A stretch of 64,000 bases of DNA from Frigidibacter sp. SD6-1 (lineage in GTDB: Bacteria; Pseudomonadota; Alphaproteobacteria; Rhodobacterales; Rhodobacteraceae). The translations under genes were made by a program, and so were the position numbers. The stretch covers positions 122,068-186,067 of the forward strand of contig NZ_JARJNR010000005.1 of assembly GCF_030143255.1 (NCBI RefSeq), written 5' to 3'. Under the pieces are notes generated by a model, which was given only the letters and a program-made list of their open reading frames with translations, had not been told where the DNA came from and ran no database searches. This document shows, piece by piece, positions 37,751 through 47,282 of the stretch (the stretch's first letter is position 1; every line of letters starts with the position of its first letter).

Positions 37751-39589
37751 TCACGCGCTTTCCTCCAGCGTCAGGGTGGTTGGTCCCCCGATCTCTAGCT
37801 GCAGGCGGAAGGTTCCATCAAGCTCTGCCTGAGCCTCCCCTGCGGCGCTGCCGGTCCAGCGCAGCCGGGCGCCCGGGCGGAAGCCGGAGAACGGGAGGTC
37901 AAGCCGCGTCGATGCCGGATGCGGGGCCAGTGACAGATGCAGGCGACCCCGCTCGACCCGCGCCCCCGTGACAATGGCCCGACCCGGCGCCGCAAGATCA
38001 AGGCGCGGCCCGGAAGACTGACCCTCGCCGGTGAACAGGGCCCGGTAGCCGCCACCCGGGTTCAGACGTGCCATCAACTCGCAGAAATGCGCGAAGACAG
38101 AGGCGCGCGGCCGGTGCCAGCCCGCACCCTCTGCCGCCGGACAGTCCGCCTCCAGCAGATCGAGCGCCAGATCGCGCGCCTCGCGATCGCCCATTTCGGC
38201 CGCCGCTGCGGCAAAGGCGGCAAGGCTTGCCGCGCGCGACAGCCGGTAGTCGCCGGTATCGACCTTCCAGAAACGGCGGATATCCAGCGCACCACCCCGC
38301 AGGGCCCGCGCCCGGACCCGCGCCCAGAGATCGGCTGCCAGGTCGGGGAAGAGGACGTTCCAGAAGAGAACCGGATAGGCCTCGACCACCGCGCCGCCCA
38401 GACGGGGCGCGGGCAGACCGGTGAGAGAGGAGCGGAAGGGCAGCAAGAGCCCGTCCGCCTGTCGGAAATTCGCCTCGAGCGACGCGCGGAACCGCTCCGC
38501 CCGTGCCGTCCAGCGTGCCAGGTCATGCGCGCGCAGGGCCGAGGCGCCAATGGCATTGCAAAGCGGGTAGACCCAGTTCGGCTCGCAGGCCATCAACCCG
38601 AGCGGCGCCCTGTCCCACCCCCGCTCCAGCGCCGCGATCAGCGCGGGCTGGTCGTACTGCCAGCTGCGGCCGGACGGGTGATGGAGCGCGAGCGCGCCCG
38701 GGGCAGAATATCGCCCGTCGCCGGTGGTCTGTTCGTAAAGCGCGATCTGCGCGGCCAGAAAACCCGTATACATGATATTGTCACGCGCCACCGGGTCGGG
38801 ATCGGCAGACAGGTTTCCCCAAAGGTTCTCAAGGCGCCAGTAGGCCCAGATGCGGTGGTCGAGCTGTTTTTCGATCAGGTTGCGCTGTGCCTGCGCGACA
38901 AAGCCGCCAAGGCCCGGCAGCCGTGCCGACAGCAGCGCGAGCGCGTAGGAGCCTTGCGCGATCTGGTAGCGGGTGGCGGCGGTCTGGAACTGATCGACGA
39001 ACTGGAAACCGTCGAACCGGCCCACGGGCTGAAGCGCGCGGTCGGTCAGGAAAGACAGGCGGCGCCAGAGATCGGCATCGACAGGCGAGGGGGCCGGGGG
39101 CGCAGGCGCGGCGAAGGGGGGCGGCGCCGGAACCGGGCGTGGGCGGGCCAGATGAGCTGCCGCCATTGCCGCTGGCCAGGCCAGGAACGGCAGCGCGCAA
39201 AGCCACAGCGGCGGCGCATGGGCAAGCGCCGGGGCGGCCGCCGCGGCCGCGAGGGCGCTTGCCAGCCAGACAAGCGGCGGCGCCAGCACGTTGCCCGCCC
39301 CGAACCAGAAGATTACCGCCACCAGAAACAGCAGATGCGACAGGAGAGCCGCCGCCAGATAGCTCAGCCAGGCGGGCGCGCCGAGGCAGACAAGGCCGCC
39401 ATCGTCGAAGACGCCCGGCCAGAAGCCGGCGCCCGGCAGCGCCAGCCCCAGCGCGAAAGCCTTCGTGGCCGGGGTCGCGCCCAGGGTGAGGGCCAGCGCC
39501 GCGATGGCAAGCACAAGGCATAGCGTCAGGCAGCTCAGGCCAAGGCGCCGGCCGCCCTCGGCACCTGTCGGTCGGGCGGACCCGATCAT
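37751..39589 (-). CDS. Hypothetical polytopic membrane protein with Pro-rich linker and large soluble domain
   Basis: 612 aa: N-terminal TM helices, Pro/Ala-rich linker (PRPVPAPPPFAAPAPPAPSP), then about 430 aa of soluble domain. ATGA overlap with the upstream 109-aa gene. No motif recognised. Confidence 0.55.
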   Translation of the reverse strand: MIGSARPTGAEGGRRLGLSCLTLCLVLAIAALALTLGATPATKAFALGLALPGAGFWPGVFDDGGLVCLGAPAWLSYLAAALLSHLLFLVAVIFWFGAGNVLAPPLVWLASALAAAAAAPALAHAPPLWLCALPFLAWPAAMAAAHLARPRPVPAPPPFAAPAPPAPSPVDADLWRRLSFLTDRALQPVGRFDGFQFVDQFQTAATRYQIAQGSYALALLSARLPGLGGFVAQAQRNLIEKQLDHRIWAYWRLENLWGNLSADPDPVARDNIMYTGFLAAQIALYEQTTGDGRYSAPGALALHHPSGRSWQYDQPALIAALERGWDRAPLGLMACEPNWVYPLCNAIGASALRAHDLARWTARAERFRASLEANFRQADGLLLPFRSSLTGLPAPRLGGAVVEAYPVLFWNVLFPDLAADLWARVRARALRGGALDIRRFWKVDTGDYRLSRAASLAAFAAAAAEMGDREARDLALDLLEADCPAAEGAGWHRPRASVFAHFCELMARLNPGGGYRALFTGEGQSSGPRLDLAAPGRAIVTGARVERGRLHLSLAPHPASTRLDLPFSGFRPGARLRWTGSAAGEAQAELDGTFRLQLEIGGPTTLTLEESA

Positions 39590-39915
39590 CCGCGCGCGTT
39601 CATCCGCTCGATATAGGCGCGCAGTTCCTCTGACTCCGCCCGGGCGTCACGCAGGCCGTCCATGGCCGCGCGCAGCTCCGCTTCGGTCTGAGACAGTTGC
39701 CCGGTCAGGTCGCGCTCGCGCTGCTGGAAGTAGGTGATCGCCTCGTCGCGCGCCTCTTCGGCGTCGTGAAGGCTGCGCGCCATGGAATCGAGGTCGCTGA
39801 TTTCGGCCTGGGTCACCCGCGTCAGGCGATGGACAAGCCATGAGGCGAACCAGCCAAGCCCGAAGGCAATGAAGAGAACGATGCTCATCGCGATGATGAA
39901 TTCGGTGCGTCCCAT
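39586..39915 (-). CDS. Small membrane-anchored coiled-coil protein
   Basis: 109 aa: one N-terminal TM helix (FIIAMSIVLFIAFGLGWFASWLV) then a charged coiled coil. Sits between the OmpA-like gene and the 612-aa gene in the same orientation. Confidence 0.5.
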   Translation of the reverse strand: MGRTEFIIAMSIVLFIAFGLGWFASWLVHRLTRVTQAEISDLDSMARSLHDAEEARDEAITYFQQRERDLTGQLSQTEAELRAAMDGLRDARAESEELRAYIERMNARG

Positions 39916-39920
39916 GGTTC

Positions 39921-41888
39921 TCAGGGCTCCTGCTTGCCGATCGTGTCGGGCCGTTTCTTCGGGCGGATGGTCTTGTCATCGGGCGATTGCACGACAATCG
40001 GCGTCTCTTCCCCGGCCGCGCCCTCTTCCGCGACAAGTTCGTCAAGCGCGGGGGTCAGAAGGCGGAACTCGATCCGCCGGTTCTTCTCGCGGTTTTCCTC
40101 GGTGTCATTGGCCATCACCGGCTGGGTTTCCCCGTAGCCCTTGGGCGACAGATTGCCGGTCAGGATGCGCCGCGCCTGAAGCGCCACGATCACCGCCCGC
40201 GCCCGTTGCTCGGACAGCGCCATGTTCATTTCCTCGCGCCCCTGGCTGTCGGTATGGCCGCCGATCTCGATCGGATAATCGGCGCAATCCTTCATCGCCT
40301 CGGCGATCCGGTCTAGGATCGGCTTGGCATCGGCTACGATGGTCGCTGATCCCGGCTCGAACACGATCTGCTTTTCGGCCAGGATCGCATTCACCCGGTC
40401 CACGCATTCCTGATCGGTCGGCAGGCCTGCGGTCGGGTCGAGGCTTTCGTCATAGCGCACGGCGATCCGGTAGCGCCCCGTTGCCCCGAGTTTCGACGAC
40501 AGGAGGCGCGAGACCCTCCCCGAGGCGTCCTTGTCGCCGGTGCGCCCCTCGATGGCGATATCGCCCTCATGGACCACGACCTTGCCGTCATGAAGTTCGG
40601 CCAGAGCCTGAAGCGAGACGAGCACCCGCTGCGGCCAGCCCGGCGGAAGGTCGGCGTCGATGCGCGCGGCGCCATGGACATTGGCCGCGCCGAACCGGCT
40701 GCGGGCATAGCTTTCCACCGCATCGCGCGACAACTCATCACGCAACCGCCCTTCCAGCGCCACCTTGCCCTTGTCGTCGAGGGTTGCGGAAAACTCCACC
40801 CCAAACTCGCCCGCGACAGGCGCCGCCGTCTGTGCGGCGGTCAGGGTGAACACCCGGGGGAGGTTCGATTCGAGATCGCCCGTCACCGAATCGAACGTGG
40901 CCTGCGGCACGTCCGGCCCGGCATGAAGCGCGACGCTCGTATCCGAAAAGGTGATGGAGCCCGAACCCAGTGTCTTCACGGCCCGGATACCCTGCATCAC
41001 CGCATCGTCCCAGTCGGGCGTCGGCATGCCAAGGCCGATGGTGCAGCTTTCCGTCCGCTTCGCCCCCGCATCCAGCGCGGTCTGCAGGATGCGGCGACGC
41101 GACCTGTCATTATCGGCCGAGCAGGCATCGAAGCGCGCCTGCCCGTCCTCGATCAGGAAGCGAAGGGTGAAGGGCGCGATCACCGGGCGCGGTGCGGAGA
41201 TTGAGAGCGCAAGCGCAAGACCGGACGGCGCCGCCTTGCGCAAACGGCTTTCGATCTGGCGTTTCTCGTCGGCGCTGTCACCGATGGCGGTGACCGCGAC
41301 CTTGCCCGGCGTCACCGAAATCTTCGACCGTGGGAGCGATTTCAAGGCATCGAGCGCGAAGCGCAGAGCGATGTCCCAGCCTTCGGGCACCGGATGATCG
41401 GCGGTCTCCAGCATGTCGGTGACCTCGCCCTCGCCCGCCAGCGCGCCGAGATCGGCGACCAGCCCGTCACGCGCCAGCGTCGAGGGCGCGAGGCCGATCA
41501 GCGAGATGCCGTCATCGTTCCTGAGAATCTCGATGTTGAATTCGGGTGCGGCCAGTTCCGCCTGCGCAGCCACGGTCATCGAATCGACCAGCCGCGTCGA
41601 ATCGACGGTTTCGCCCGCGACCGAAAGCGCGCGGAACCTGAGCGCCTCGGTCGGAGCGGTGCCCGACAGGATCAGCTGCAGCCCGTCAGTGTCGATTTGT
41701 ACCCAGGAAAGACCTGCGTCATGCACCGCTCGCCGGACGCCAAGCCGCGAAAACCGCTCGACAGCGTCGACCGTCCAGATCGAGAGGAGGAAACACAGAA
41801 GGGCAGCCCCCGCGAAGACGGTCGGGCCGATCGCCTCGGCGGGAAATGTCTTGGGAAGGCGGATCTTCACGCGGCGCACCTGCATCAC
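39921..41888 (-). CDS. OmpA-family peptidoglycan-binding protein with N-terminal TM anchor and repeated BON-like segments
   Basis: C-terminal OmpA_C motif (GHTDSQGREEMNMALSEQRARAV...NRRIEFRL). N-terminal TM helix. Several recurring approximately 60-aa segments with BON-like pattern (..V.V.G....S...K...E). 655 aa. Confidence 0.7.
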   Translation of the reverse strand: MMQVRRVKIRLPKTFPAEAIGPTVFAGAALLCFLLSIWTVDAVERFSRLGVRRAVHDAGLSWVQIDTDGLQLILSGTAPTEALRFRALSVAGETVDSTRLVDSMTVAAQAELAAPEFNIEILRNDDGISLIGLAPSTLARDGLVADLGALAGEGEVTDMLETADHPVPEGWDIALRFALDALKSLPRSKISVTPGKVAVTAIGDSADEKRQIESRLRKAAPSGLALALSISAPRPVIAPFTLRFLIEDGQARFDACSADNDRSRRRILQTALDAGAKRTESCTIGLGMPTPDWDDAVMQGIRAVKTLGSGSITFSDTSVALHAGPDVPQATFDSVTGDLESNLPRVFTLTAAQTAAPVAGEFGVEFSATLDDKGKVALEGRLRDELSRDAVESYARSRFGAANVHGAARIDADLPPGWPQRVLVSLQALAELHDGKVVVHEGDIAIEGRTGDKDASGRVSRLLSSKLGATGRYRIAVRYDESLDPTAGLPTDQECVDRVNAILAEKQIVFEPGSATIVADAKPILDRIAEAMKDCADYPIEIGGHTDSQGREEMNMALSEQRARAVIVALQARRILTGNLSPKGYGETQPVMANDTEENREKNRRIEFRLLTPALDELVAEEGAAGEETPIVVQSPDDKTIRPKKRPDTIGKQEP

Positions 41889-41928
41889 TCTCGCCCATCT
41901 CCTTAGGGGCGCGCGCGGCCCGGATCAA

Positions 41929-42903
41929 TCAAAGGAAGGCGGCGACGGCAAGAAACAGCGCAGCGATGAGCCCCGCGTCCCGGTTGGTACGGAAGGTTCG
42001 CATGCAGTTTCCCGCGTCGGCGATGTCGAGCCGGTTCATCTGCCACAGAAGATGCCAGCCCATCGCCCAGGGCGCTACGAGTGCGAGCGCGAGCTTCAGG
42101 GGCTTTTCCTGCGGCAAGAGCGTCAGGAGGATCGAGGCGCTCATGAGGAGCACGGTGAGCACAAGGAACAGCGCGAGCCAGCGCCCGGTCGCGGCGCCGA
42201 AAAGCCGCGCGGTGGATTTCACGCCGATCAGCACGTCATCCTCTATGTCCTGATGGGCGTAGATCGTGTCGTAGAAAAGCGTCCAGGCGATCCCGGCGGC
42301 ATAGAGCAGAATGGCGGGCGCACCGGGCAAGCCCGCATGGGCGGCAAAGGCGACGATCACGCCCCAGTTGAAGGCGAGGCCGAGGAAGAGCTGCGGCCAC
42401 CAGGTGAAGCGCTTGGCATAGGGGTAGATGGCGACAAGGCCGAGCGAGGAGAGGGCGAGAAGGATGGTCGCCCAATTGTAGGTCAGGACGACCAGCCCCG
42501 CGAAGCCCATCTGCGCGGCCATCCAGACGAGTGCCTGCCCGACGCTCACCTGCCCCGAGGGGATCGGGCGGGACCGGGTACGCGCGACCGCGGCGTCGAA
42601 CTGCCGGTCGGTGATGTCGTTCCAGGTGCAGCCCGCACCGCGCATCAGCCAGGCCCCCGCCGCACAGCCGCCCGCGATCCATAAGTCCCAAAGCCGCCAG
42701 CCGTCGCCAAGCGCGGCAAGCGCCACCCCCCACCAGCAGGGCAGGAGCAGAAGCCATGTCCCGATCGGCCGGTCGGCGCGCGAAAGCCTCAGATAGGGGC
42801 GCGAGACTTCGGGCGCCCAGCGGTCGACCCAGTTGCCGCGCACCGCGTCGGCGACGGTTCCCTGAGGCGGCGCGCCCTCTGGCAAAGGATCGGTCGGGGA
42901 CAT
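41929..42903 (-). CDS. ubiA: 4-hydroxybenzoate polyprenyltransferase
   Basis: UbiA prenyltransferase family, polytopic, with Asp-rich motifs (NDITDRQFD; YDTIYAHQDIEDD). Start taken at MSPTDP (42903). Confidence 0.85.
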   Translation of the reverse strand: MSPTDPLPEGAPPQGTVADAVRGNWVDRWAPEVSRPYLRLSRADRPIGTWLLLLPCWWGVALAALGDGWRLWDLWIAGGCAAGAWLMRGAGCTWNDITDRQFDAAVARTRSRPIPSGQVSVGQALVWMAAQMGFAGLVVLTYNWATILLALSSLGLVAIYPYAKRFTWWPQLFLGLAFNWGVIVAFAAHAGLPGAPAILLYAAGIAWTLFYDTIYAHQDIEDDVLIGVKSTARLFGAATGRWLALFLVLTVLLMSASILLTLLPQEKPLKLALALVAPWAMGWHLLWQMNRLDIADAGNCMRTFRTNRDAGLIAALFLAVAAFL

Positions 42904-42915
42904 AAGGTCGGCCTC

Positions 42916-43692
42916 ATGGCAGGTGCGAAGATCAGACTCTGTGTAGACCGTAGCCTCGGGGCGGGGCAATCATTGCCTCTGTCGGAGGCGCAGGCGCATT
43001 ATCTTTTCGGGGTGATGCGGCTTTCGCCCGGGGCCGAGGTGCTGCTGTTCAACGGGCGTGACGGCGAATGGCTGGCGCGGGTCGCGGCGGCGGGCAAACG
43101 CGGCGGGTCGGTCGAATGCGTCGAGCGGACGCGCGCGCAGACCGCGCCGCCCGATGTCTGGCTTCTATTCGCGCCGGTGAAGAAGGCGCGGACGGATTTC
43201 ATCGTCGAGAAGGCGGTGGAACTCGGCGCCGCGCGACTATTGCCGGTGCAGACCGATTTCACCAATGCCGAGCGGCTGCGCCGCGACAAGGCGGAGGCCC
43301 ATGTCCGCGAGGCGGCCGAGCAATGCGAGGCGCTGTGGCTGCCCGAGGTCGGCGACCTGCAGCCCCTGTCGAAACTGCTCGCAGGCTGGGACCCGGCGCG
43401 CCGCCTGTTCTGGGCCGACGAGGCCACGACCGACGGCGAGGGCGAGAACGATCGACCGGGCCGCTCATCGTCGCCTGCGGCGCTCTTCGCGGCTCTGCCG
43501 CCCGGGCCTGCGGCCCTTCTGGTCGGGCCCGAAGGCGGCTTTTCGCCCGCGGAGCGTGCGCGCCTGCGCGCCTTGCCATTCGTGACGCCGGTCGCGCTCG
43601 GCCCGCGCATCCTGCGCGCCGAGACGGCAGCACTTGCGCTCCTCACGCTCTGGCAGGCGCATCTGGGCGACTGGCGGGGGGACGGGGCGTGA
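42916..43692 (+). CDS. rsmE: 16S rRNA (uracil1498-N3)-methyltransferase
   Basis: RsmE family (SPOUT fold), 258 aa, with PUA-like N-terminal domain and conserved C-terminal GPEGGFS..E motif. Confidence 0.8.
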   Translation: MAGAKIRLCVDRSLGAGQSLPLSEAQAHYLFGVMRLSPGAEVLLFNGRDGEWLARVAAAGKRGGSVECVERTRAQTAPPDVWLLFAPVKKARTDFIVEKAVELGAARLLPVQTDFTNAERLRRDKAEAHVREAAEQCEALWLPEVGDLQPLSKLLAGWDPARRLFWADEATTDGEGENDRPGRSSSPAALFAALPPGPAALLVGPEGGFSPAERARLRALPFVTPVALGPRILRAETAALALLTLWQAHLGDWRGDGA

Positions 43693-44405
43693 CTGAGGCG
43701 CCTGACGTCCGGCTCTATCTCTTCTTTGCGCAGGACGGGCGAAGCGCGGCGATCCTGCGTCGCGCCCGCGACCGGCAGTATGATCTGATCGGCTGGGACC
43801 GCGCGACCGACCGGTTCGAGCATGGCCAGACGATCCGCAAATATGTCGTCCCCGAAAGCTGCGCCCTGTCCCCCGATGGTGCGCATTTCCTCTATGCGGT
43901 GCGCATTGCCGCTCCGATGGGCGCGGTCGGCGAATATTACACGGCGATCAGCCGCCCGCCCTTCTTCACCGCGCTCGCGCTCTTTCCCCACGCCGGTCCC
44001 TGGCCGCTTGGCGGACGGTTCCTGGACAGCGCGACCATTCTTCTGGACGACGATAGCGCGCAGGACCGGATCGGCCGGGCCGACGGCCTGACGCGGGTCA
44101 TCCGGGGCGCTGTCGCGAAGGGTTGCACCAGCGGCCTGCGACTTGCCTCCGGTGCCCCGGCGCCCCTCTCGAAGGCGGCGCTTGCCGAGGCTGTGGGCAG
44201 CGGCACCGACGGGGCGTGGCAGGCATCGCAGCGGGCGCTCTATGATACGCTCGGTGGCACGCTTTACCGGCGGCGCGGGCTTGAACTGGAGTTGATCCGC
44301 GATTTCAGAATGATCGAGCCGCAATTCATACGGGCGCCCTATGATTGGCGACCGCTCGACAGTGCAACCGAGGCCGCATGGCATCCGCTGGACGATCGGG
44401 CATGA
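43689..44405 (+). CDS. Hypothetical protein (GTG start)
   Basis: GTG at 43689 overlaps the rsmE TGA stop (GTGA). 238 codons with protein-like composition. The upstream part of the long ORF 43068-44405 is only a shadow of rsmE. ATGA overlap with the next gene. Confidence 0.4.
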   Translation: MTEAPDVRLYLFFAQDGRSAAILRRARDRQYDLIGWDRATDRFEHGQTIRKYVVPESCALSPDGAHFLYAVRIAAPMGAVGEYYTAISRPPFFTALALFPHAGPWPLGGRFLDSATILLDDDSAQDRIGRADGLTRVIRGAVAKGCTSGLRLASGAPAPLSKAALAEAVGSGTDGAWQASQRALYDTLGGTLYRRRGLELELIRDFRMIEPQFIRAPYDWRPLDSATEAAWHPLDDRA

Positions 44406-45259
44406 GCTGGCAGGTCGCGGTGCCGGGCGATCGCGAAGCGATCGCCGCCTTCCTTGAAGCCCATATCGACTGGGCGATGTTTCCCCTGTCGAACCTCAGG
44501 GCGGGGCAAAGGGGCGAGGCCGGTCGATATCACACGCGCTTCCTGATCCGTCGCGGCGGCGCCCGGGTCACCGGCGCGCTGGGGCTGAGCGCGACGGGCA
44601 TGCTCTTTCCGGTCATCCCCGGCCTCTCACCGGCGGATGTCTCGGGGCTGCGGCCCCATCTCGCCGGTGAGGCGGTGTCCGGGCTGATCGGCCGCAAGGA
44701 CTGGGCGCATCCGCTGGCGGCCGCTCTGGGGCTCGACCGTGCGCCCCGGCAGCGGTTCACCGACGAGCCGGGCTTTGCGCTGGCGCTTTCGCAGCTGCGG
44801 ATGCCCGACAGATCGGGGCTGACACTGGTTCCGCTGCGCGCGGAGGATCGCGCGCGGCTGATCGGCTGGCGGGGCGCCTATCATGTCGAGATACTCGGGC
44901 TTGACCCCGCAAAGGCGGATGAGACGGCGGCGGCGGACATCGACGAGTATCTCGCGCGCGGCAGTCACCGGCTGCTTCTGAGCGACGGCGCGCCGGTTGC
45001 CATGACCGGTGTGAATGCCGCGCTTGACCGGATCGTCCAGATCGGCGGCGTCTATACGCCGCCCGCGCTCAGGGGCCGGGGCTTCGCCCGTGCCGCCGTT
45101 GCGCTGCATCTTGAGGAACTCGGCGGGCGGGGCATCCGCCGCGCTGTGCTGTTCGCCGCAAGCGACGGCGCCGCGCGCGCTTACCGTGCCATCGGTTTCG
45201 AGCCGACGGGCGAAATGACGATGCTTCTTCTCGCCGCTCCCGCAAGGATCGCCGCATGA
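44402..45259 (+). CDS. GNAT-family N-acetyltransferase-like protein
   Basis: C-terminal acetyl-CoA-binding-like motif (QIGGVYTPPALRGRGFARAAV). ATGA overlaps on both sides. Confidence 0.6.
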   Translation: MSWQVAVPGDREAIAAFLEAHIDWAMFPLSNLRAGQRGEAGRYHTRFLIRRGGARVTGALGLSATGMLFPVIPGLSPADVSGLRPHLAGEAVSGLIGRKDWAHPLAAALGLDRAPRQRFTDEPGFALALSQLRMPDRSGLTLVPLRAEDRARLIGWRGAYHVEILGLDPAKADETAAADIDEYLARGSHRLLLSDGAPVAMTGVNAALDRIVQIGGVYTPPALRGRGFARAAVALHLEELGGRGIRRAVLFAASDGAARAYRAIGFEPTGEMTMLLLAAPARIAA

Positions 45260-45762
45260 GCCTGATCCGACCCGAACTCGCCGCCCGTCTCGGCCGATGG
45301 TCGGAGGCGCTGAGCGCGCTTTTCATTGTCCTCGTTGGGCTCTGGCTCCTGTCCTACGGCGGCTATGTCCTCGCGCCGCTCGGGTTTCTCATTCTCACGC
45401 TCGGCGGGCTTTGGGCGTTGGTCGCCATCCGGCGGCTTGCCTTCCTCAGGCCAGTCGCGGCGCCCGGCATGGTCGAGGTGGACGAGGGGCAAGTGGGGTA
45501 TCTCGGCCCGAATTTCGGCGGCTATCTGGCGCTGGCCGATCTGGCGGAAATCCGGCTGACCAGCTTTCAAGGCGCGCTGCACTGGCGCCTGCGCGCCGCG
45601 ACAGGCGAGGTCCTGACCATCCCCGTCGAGGCGCAGGGTGCCGAGCGGCTGCATGACGCTTTCGCCACTCTGCCCGGTCTCGACATGGCCGCGCTGTCGG
45701 CGGCGCTTGCGCGCGGGGTCGAAACCCTGCCGCTCTGGCGCCGCCCGCAATCGCACCTCTGA
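45256..45762 (+). CDS. Hypothetical membrane protein
   Basis: Two N-terminal TM helices (ALFIVLVGLWLL..., VLAPLGFLILTLGGLWALVAI). ATGA overlap with the GNAT gene. Confidence 0.5.
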   Translation: MSLIRPELAARLGRWSEALSALFIVLVGLWLLSYGGYVLAPLGFLILTLGGLWALVAIRRLAFLRPVAAPGMVEVDEGQVGYLGPNFGGYLALADLAEIRLTSFQGALHWRLRAATGEVLTIPVEAQGAERLHDAFATLPGLDMAALSAALARGVETLPLWRRPQSHL

Positions 45763-45883
45763 CGGAAACGGATCACGAAATGTCATATTATCGCACAGAC
45801 GATCCTCTCCGGATGCTCTTGACTTGGGGCGCGCGGGGCGACACCTCTAGCCGTCCCTGAATTGCCAGAAGGTCGAGGCTGTC

Positions 45884-47230
45884 ATGTCCATTCCCCAGTC
45901 CGGCGGCGGCCCGATCGAACGGTTCGAACAGCTGGCCGAGTATATGGCGGCGGGCGAGAAGCCGCACGAGAATTGGCGAATCGGGACCGAGCACGAGAAA
46001 TTCGGCTACCTCACGGATACGCTGCAACCGGTGCCCTATGACGGCCCGCGCTCGATCCGCGCACTTCTGGAAGGGCTGCGCGACCGGTTCGGCTGGGCGC
46101 CGGTCATGGAGCAGGACAAGATCATCGGCCTGACGAAGAATGGCGCTAATGTGAGCCTTGAGCCCGGCGGGCAGTTCGAACTGTCCGGCGCGCCGCTCGC
46201 TTCGGTCCATGAGGTCAGGGCAGAGCTTGAGGCGCATCTGGCGGAAGTGAAGGCGGTGGCCGAACCGCTCGGCATCGCCCATTTCGGCGTCGGCGCGGCG
46301 CCGATCTGGCGGCATGAGGACATGCCGATGATGCCGAAGGGCCGCTACCGGCTGATGACCGACTACATGGGGCGGGTCGGCACCCATGGCACGCAGATGA
46401 TGTACCGGACCTGCACGGTGCAGGTGAACCTCGACTTCTCGTCCGAGGCCGACATGGTGAAGAAGCTGCGCGTGGCGCTCGCCTTGCAGCCGGTCGCGAC
46501 GGCGCTTTTCGCCTCCTCGCCCTTCTTCGAGGGCACGCCGAACGGTCATCGCAGCTGGCGCAGCCGCATCTGGCGCAGCCTCGACGACAGCCGCACCGGC
46601 ATGCTGCCTTTCGCCTTCGAGGAGGGAATGGGCTATCAGCGCTACGTCGACTGGGTGCTCGATGTGCCGATGTATTTCGTCTATCGCGACGGGCATTACG
46701 TGGATGCGCGCGGCCAGTCGTTCCGGGATTTCCTGAAGGGCGAACTGCCCGCCCTGCCCGGCGAAAAGCCCACGCTTTCCGACTGGGCCGATCACATGAC
46801 CACGGTCTTCCCCGAGGCTCGGGTGAAGAAGTTCATCGAGATGCGCGGTGCGGACGTGGGCGATGCCGCCCATATCGTGGCCTTGCCCGCCTTCTGGGTC
46901 GGGCTCATGTATGACCAGACCGCCCTTGATGCCGCCTGGGATCTGGTGAAGGGCCTTGATGCGGAGACGCGCGAAGGCTTGCGCGTTGCCGCCTCCGTCT
47001 CGGCACTCGAGGGCGAGGCGGGCGGCGTGAAGCTTTGCGATCTGGCGCGCGCGGCCGTGGGGCTGTCGCATGCCGGTCTCGCCGCGCGCGGGCTCGGCGA
47101 AGAGGTACATCTGGCGCCCTTGATGGAAAACCTCAGGACCGGCAAGGTTCAGGCGGATCGCTGGCTCGACCTCTATCGCGGCGACTGGCAGGGCGATCTG
47201 ACCCGGCTTTACACGGCGGCGGCGCTCTGA
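45884..47230 (+). CDS. gshA: Glutamate--cysteine ligase (plant/alphaproteobacterial GCS2 type)
   Basis: 448 aa matching the GCS2 family (WRIGTEHEKFGY..., MMPKGRYRLM, TCTVQVNLDF). Confidence 0.85.
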   Translation: MSIPQSGGGPIERFEQLAEYMAAGEKPHENWRIGTEHEKFGYLTDTLQPVPYDGPRSIRALLEGLRDRFGWAPVMEQDKIIGLTKNGANVSLEPGGQFELSGAPLASVHEVRAELEAHLAEVKAVAEPLGIAHFGVGAAPIWRHEDMPMMPKGRYRLMTDYMGRVGTHGTQMMYRTCTVQVNLDFSSEADMVKKLRVALALQPVATALFASSPFFEGTPNGHRSWRSRIWRSLDDSRTGMLPFAFEEGMGYQRYVDWVLDVPMYFVYRDGHYVDARGQSFRDFLKGELPALPGEKPTLSDWADHMTTVFPEARVKKFIEMRGADVGDAAHIVALPAFWVGLMYDQTALDAAWDLVKGLDAETREGLRVAASVSALEGEAGGVKLCDLARAAVGLSHAGLAARGLGEEVHLAPLMENLRTGKVQADRWLDLYRGDWQGDLTRLYTAAAL

Positions 47231-47282
47231 CCGGAACCGCGGGGCCGCTCGTCGAGCCCTTGCGTGCTCTCCTCGCTGTTGA
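47231..47282. repeat. Stop-codon-proximal repeat element, copy B
   Basis: CCGG..GGGGCCGCTCGTCGAGCCCTTGCGTGCTCTCCTCGCTG begins directly after the gshA TGA. About 80% identical to copy A over about 45 nt. Convergent junction. Confidence 0.5.

Noticed and set aside
43068-43688. 5' two-thirds of the 445-aa plus-strand ORF
   Set aside because: Out-of-frame shadow over rsmE. Only the segment from the GTG at 43689 is considered coding.
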